From: an uncultured Chloroflexia bacterium
GTDB lineage: Bacteria; Chloroflexota; Limnocylindria; Limnocylindrales; CSP1-4
Assembly (NCBI GenBank): GCA_963779315.1
Contig: CAVZXQ010000003.1
Span: 85,482-149,481, forward strand
Direction of reading: 5' to 3'
Length of the DNA stretch: 64,000 nt
Shown: positions 59,895-64,000 of the stretch, in pieces
How positions within the stretch are numbered: the stretch's first letter is position 1
How the letters are laid out: each line of letters opens with the position of its first letter
Translations under genes and position numbers: made by a program
Notes under the pieces: model-generated
Databases searched by the model: none
What the model saw: only the letters and a program-made list of their open reading frames with translations
What the model was told of the DNA's origin: nothing

Positions 59895-60374
59895 CCGACG
59901 GTCATCGGGGCGATCTTGGCGTACTGCCGGTCGAAGTCCGCATCGGTCAGCTCGCCGACCTGGATGGACCGGATGATCCCGGCCGGATCCACGAAGTAGG
60001 TCTGCGGCCGGCCGATCACCCGATAGGCGGTCTTGGCGGCCTTGTCCGGGTCCACGACCGTGGGCCAGGTGGCACCGTACTCGGTCACGAAGTCCTTCGC
60101 CGGACGCCGGCGGATCGTCGGTCAGGACGCCCACGATCGCCAGCCCGTCTGCCGCGTACTGGGTCTGCTTGGCGCCCAGGAGCGGGAACTCCTCGCGGCA
60201 TGGCACGCACGACGGCCCCCAGAAGTTGAGCACGACGGGCTGGCCCTTCAGGTCGGACAGGCGGAACGGCGTGCCGTCCAGGGTGGTGCCGACGATCTCC
60301 GGGGCCGGGTCGCCGATCCCGGCACGCGCGCCGCCGCCGCTCCGGGTCGCGTTCACGAGCAGGACGACGCCCAC
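59891..60374 (-). CDS. TlpA/ResA-like membrane-anchored thiol-disulfide oxidoreductase (frame change near 60115; true start unclear)
   Basis: ORF 59811..60374: PAPEIVGTTLDGTPFRLSDLKGQPVVLNFWGPSCVPCREEFP (CxxC). C-terminus DFVTEYGATWPTVVDPD .. YFVDPAGIIR in ORF 59891..60088. The TM-like ARSWLALSIAVVLTV lies upstream of GTG 60374 in the same frame, without a start codon. Confidence 0.75.
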
Positions 60375-60437
60375 GGTCAGGACGACGGCGATGGAGAGAG
60401 CGAGCCAGGATCGGGCGACGTGGCGTGGTGGGCCTGC

Positions 60438-61561
60438 CTACTTGAGCGTCGCCGTCCCCGTCATGTCGGGTATCGGGTGCAGCGAACAGATGTAGGTGTA
60501 GGTTCCCGCCGGAAGGGCCCCGATGTCGTACACCACGGACGAGACGCCGACGATGGGCTTCGTTGTCGGCCACCTTCGCCCCGGATGCGTCGATCAGGTC
60601 GACGTCGTGCGCGATGCCGGCGGCCTGGTTGTCGAAGACGATCGTGAACGGCTTGTCGGCGGGTGCCGTGAACGCCTTCTCGACGAAGGCGATGCCCTGC
60701 GCCGTCACCGTCACGTCACCCGTCGGCAGTGGTGCGGCGCTGCCGACCGCTGCCGACGGGCGGCAGCCGGCCGGCGGACCAGCGGACCCGACTGGCGGCC
60801 CGCCCGACGCGCCTGGCGTCCCCGTATCGCCACTGGCCTCGCGTGGCGGAAGGACCCCGGTCTGGATCAGGATGCCGCCCACGAGCAGGACGGCCAGCGT
60901 GCCGAGCAGCAGGGCCGGCGTTCGCGGCGGCGGGGATGTTCTCCAGGTGGCCGGTCTGGTCCGCCTCGACCGTCTTGCGGTACTCCTTCACGGCGTCCAC
61001 CAGCCAGCCGATCAACGTGACGATCAGGGCGATGACGCCGATCCCCAGGAGCAACCCGCCGAAGACCAGGCCCAGCATCAGCATCGTGGCGCCGATGGCG
61101 CCAAGCAGCGGGCGGTAGGACGGGCCGGGCATGTGGACGCCTTCCGGCGGGCCGTCGTGGACCACGACCGGCAGCGGTGGCGCCGAGGCCGAGATCTCGT
61201 GATCGTAGACGCGCATCGCCTCGGCCAGCCAGTACAGCAGCGTCAGCGCGAACGCGATCGCGCCGAGGTACAGGATCACGCCACCGAAGACCAGCCCGAG
61301 GAACATCAGGAAGGCGCCCACGGCCGCGAAGATCGGCGAGAAGGACGGTCCGGGCATGTGGATCCCGGCGGGGGTCGCCGGCTCGATGCGCTCGAAGCCG
61401 CGCCGCGCCTTGGGGGCCGTCAGCAGCCGGCGGAACAGGATCGCGAAGACCACGAGGACCAGCAGCAGGATGCCGATCGGGATGAGCGCGATCAGCGCTC
61501 CCCAGTCCGGGATGACGAACTGGGAGAGTTCGTTCAGCAGCGCGCTCCAGACCTCGAACAT
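60438..61561 (-). pseudogene. Internally duplicated CtaF/oxidase-subunit-IV-like membrane module, apparently fused (after two frame changes) to a TM helix and a type-1 copper cupredoxin domain
   Basis: ORF 60716..61561 contains two copies of G(I/V)HMPGPS(F/Y).P...A.GA....LGLVFGG......I(A).....TL..WL..A...Y. Then ..LLLGTLAVLLVGGILIQTG and ORF 60085..60882 (VTVTAQGIAFVEKAFTAPADKPFTIVFDNQAAGIAHDVDL). My translation of 60560..60438 gives VYDIGALPAGTYTYICSLHPIPDMTGTATLK-stop. Confidence 0.55.
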
Positions 61562-61611
61562 CGGACGGTCAGGTCAGGCTGCGGCGGTCGCTGGGCCGGC
61601 GGACGGGTGCG

Positions 61612-61819
61612 TCATTCGCCGCGCGTTCCCACCGCCAGCACGTAGGCCATGATCGCCATCGCGATCCCGAGGCCGAAGAGCATCGTGACGCCCGCGTAGA
61701 TGTCCATGGTTGACCATGTTCTGGCCCGCGACGTACGGCACCACCAGGTAGATGATCGCGATGACGACGAAGATGATCCCGAGGAGCGCCGCATTGCGCG
61801 GGTGCCTGAGGAGATGCAC
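61612..61819 (-). CDS. Small two-helix membrane protein in the oxidase operon (possible small oxidase subunit; frame change near 61700)
   Basis: AGGAGG (complement 61828..61833) lies 8 nt before GTG 61819. HLLRHPRNAALLGIIFVVIAIIYLVVPYVAGQNMVN (ORF 61574..61819) joins MDIYAGVTMLFGLGIAMAIMAYVLAVGTRGE (end of ORF 61612..61923). Confidence 0.45.
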
Positions 61820-61831
61820 GGAGCGGACCTC

Positions 61832-62476
61832 CTACTTGCCCGGGACGAGGTAGAGGAGCGTGAACAGCAGGATCCAGACGACGTCCACGAAGTGCCAGTA
61901 CAGCGAGGCCGCCTCGACGGCATCGTGATGGCGGGCCGAGAACTGGCCGGCCATGCCGCGGTACAGGACGACGGCCAGCATGATCACGCCACCGAAGACG
62001 TGGGCTCCGTGGAAGCCGGTCAGCGTGTAGTACGTGGTGCCGAACACGCCGGACGACAGGGTCAACCCTTCATGCCCGAGCATGAAGTAGTCCGCCCCCT
62101 GCATCAGCAGGAAGGTGATGCCCAGCCCGAGCGTGACGGCCATGGCTCGCAGGAACTTCGTCCGGTCGCCCTTGCGGATGGACCAGACCGCGATCTGGCA
62201 GGTGAACGAGCTGATGATCAGGAGGATCGTGGCAGGACCCACGAACGGCAGGATCTGGAGCGTGTCGGCGAACTCCTCGGGAGGCCAGAACTCGGCCGAC
62301 GCACGCGAGTTGAAGTAGGCCGCGAACAGGCCGGCGAAGAACATCACCTCGGAGGTGATGAACAGCATCATCCCCAGGATCGGGTTGCTGATCCCTCCAC
62401 GGCGGTCGTGCCCGTAGTTCTCCAGCGGGTCGTGCTGGACCGGGGCGGTGGTCAGATGCCTGGCTGTCGGTCGTCA
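61832..62476 (-). CDS. ctaE: Cytochrome c oxidase subunit III (frame change near 62440)
   Basis: ORF 61832..62371: [54 protein letters not shown]. The N-terminal extension ..[22 protein letters not shown] is in the same frame. The likely ATG at 62476 is in another frame. Confidence 0.85.
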
Positions 62477-62488
62477 TCGTCGGCTCGC

Positions 62489-64000
62489 TCAGTGGTCCGT
62501 CGCCGGGCCGTGCCGGAGATCGAACAGCGGCCGCTCGGAGCGGATCTCCGGCAGGCGGTCGAAGTTGTACGGCGGCGGTGGCGAGCTCGTCGCCCACTCC
62601 AGCGTGTTCGCCTCCCACGGATCGTCCCCGGCCGGCGTTCCGCTGCGCAGCGAGACGAAGATGTTCCAGAGGAGCGGCAGCATGCTCGCGGCGATCAGGA
62701 ACCCGCCGGACCGTGGCCACGAGGTTCAGGTCGTTCCAGCCGGCCGTGCTGGAGTAGTCGGCGATCCGCCGGGGCATCCCGGCCAGTCCTAGCTCGTGCA
62801 TCGGGAAGAACGTCAGGTTGAACCCGATGAACATCAGGACGAACTGCACCTTGCCCAGCGTCTCGTTGAGCATCCGCCCGGTCATCTTGGGGAACCAGTA
62901 GTAGAACCCGGCCATGATCCCGAAGACGGATCCACCGAACAGCACGTAGTGGATATGGGCGACCACGAAGTAGGTGTCGTGGAGCGCGAAGTCCACCGGG
63001 ACCGACGCGCTGAAGGCTCCGTTGATCCCGCCAAGGAGGAACATCGAGAGGAACCCGATCGCGAAGATCATCGGCGTCGAGAACGTGAGCTTGCCTCGCC
63101 ACATGGTGAAGATCCAGTTGAACATCTTCACGCCCGGTCGGGATGGCGATCAGGAACGTCATCAGGCTGAAGAACGGCAGGTAGACCGAGCCGGTCGTGA
63201 ACATGTGGTGGGCCCACACGGAGAAGCCCGAGGGCGCCGATGCCGGCGGTCGCGAACACGAACGCCTTGTAGCCGAACAGCGGCTTGCGGCTGAAGACCG
63301 GCAGGATCTCGCTGATCATGCCCATCGCCGGCAGGATCATCACGTAGACGGCCGGGTGCGAGTAGAACCAGAAGACGTTCTGGTAGAGGACCGGGTCACC
63401 CCCGACACTCGGGTCGAAGAAGCTGCCGCCGTAGTTCCGGTCGATGAACAGCATGATCAGCGCGCTGGTGATGACGGGCGTGGCCATCAGCACCAGGACG
63501 GACGTCACCAGGACCGTCCAGACCATGATCGGCATCCGGAACAGGGTCATCCCGGGCGCGCGCATCTTGAAGATGGTGACCAGGAAGTTGATGGCGCCCA
63601 GGATGGAACTCGTGCCGATCAGGACGAGCGCCACGATCCACAGGTCCTGGCCGGTGCCCGGCGATGCCAGCGGCGCATCCGTCGAGAGCGGCGCGTAGCT
63701 GGTCCAGCCGGCAGCGGCCGTGCCGCCCGTGACGAACCCGGCCAGCAGCAGGACGCCGGCGAGCGGAAGCATCCAAAGCGACAGGGCGTTGATCCGCGGG
63801 AACGCCATGTCCGGCGCGCCGAGCATGAGCGGGACGACGTAGTTGCCGAAGCCCGCCAGCATCGGGATCACGAACAGGAAGATCATGAACGTGGCGTGCA
63901 TCGTGAACAGTTCGTTGTAGGTCTGCGCCGTGACGAACTGCAGTCCGGGCACGGCCAGCTCGCTGCGCACGGCCAGGGCGAGGATGCCGCCGACGAAGAA
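62489..64000 (-). pseudogene. ctaD: Cytochrome c oxidase subunit I, N-terminus beyond the window end; about three frame changes in the window
   Basis: ORF 63128..63970 (FTMHATFMIFLFVIPMLAGFGNYVVPLMLGAPDMAFPRINALS, GWTSYAPLS, FWFYSHPAVYVMILPAMG). WAHHMFTTG (ORF 62695..63219). [27 protein letters not shown] (ORF 62070..63131). C-terminus in ORF 62489..62683. The frame stays open to position 64000. Confidence 0.9.

Overview
Very GC-rich bacterial chromosomal segment with dense operonic packing and many 4-nt ATGA/GTGA stop-start overlaps. The gene content (paralogous ECF sigma modules, PspC/LiaF-like genes, a PIG-L/LmbE deacetylase, split cytochrome b, aa3-type oxidase) suggests a high-GC Terrabacteria lineage, Actinomycetota- or Chloroflexota-like. 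I cannot place it more precisely without a database search. I recognise about 65 protein genes and two tRNAs (Lys-UUU and initiator Met-CAU). I see no rRNA, CRISPR array, transposase or integrase.

Main blocks:
- ECF-type transporter (1-3.1 kb).
- An HTH-4xGAF-GGDEF signalling protein.
- Secreted/lipoprotein genes and ECF-sigma modules (7.5-11.9 kb and 53.8-57.8 kb).
- thiN-bcp.
- An unusual Rieske/cytochrome b6-type operon (18.4-25.0 kb), headed by a GltD-like flavoprotein-ferredoxin fusion and ending in a cytochrome c-cupredoxin fusion plus a Kelch propeller.
- Proline dehydrogenase.
- amtB-gltB.
- GAF histidine kinase / OmpR regulator.
- ppc.
- PspC flanked by two LiaF-like proteins.
- Two ABC-2 exporters.
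- A GcvT-like plus CrtI-like flavoprotein pair.
- The distal part of a cytochrome oxidase operon: ctaD, ctaE, small subunits, cupredoxin, TlpA, ABC.

Major caveat: many genes are broken by +/-1 frame changes. These are strongly clustered at about 0-3.1, 30.4-35.0, 47.4-50.5 and 58.9-64.0 kb, while stretches of 5-12 kb are clean. At least two breaks sit in C/G runs. I therefore treat them as probable consensus errors rather than proven decay, and I report whole-gene spans reconstructed by joining ORF-track pieces.

Most interesting candidates:
- The flavoprotein-coupled Rieske/cyt b complex, with copper-protein fusions on both the bc side and the oxidase side.
- A paralogous family of ECF sigma factors paired with membrane partners that lack the zinc anti-sigma (ZAS) motif.
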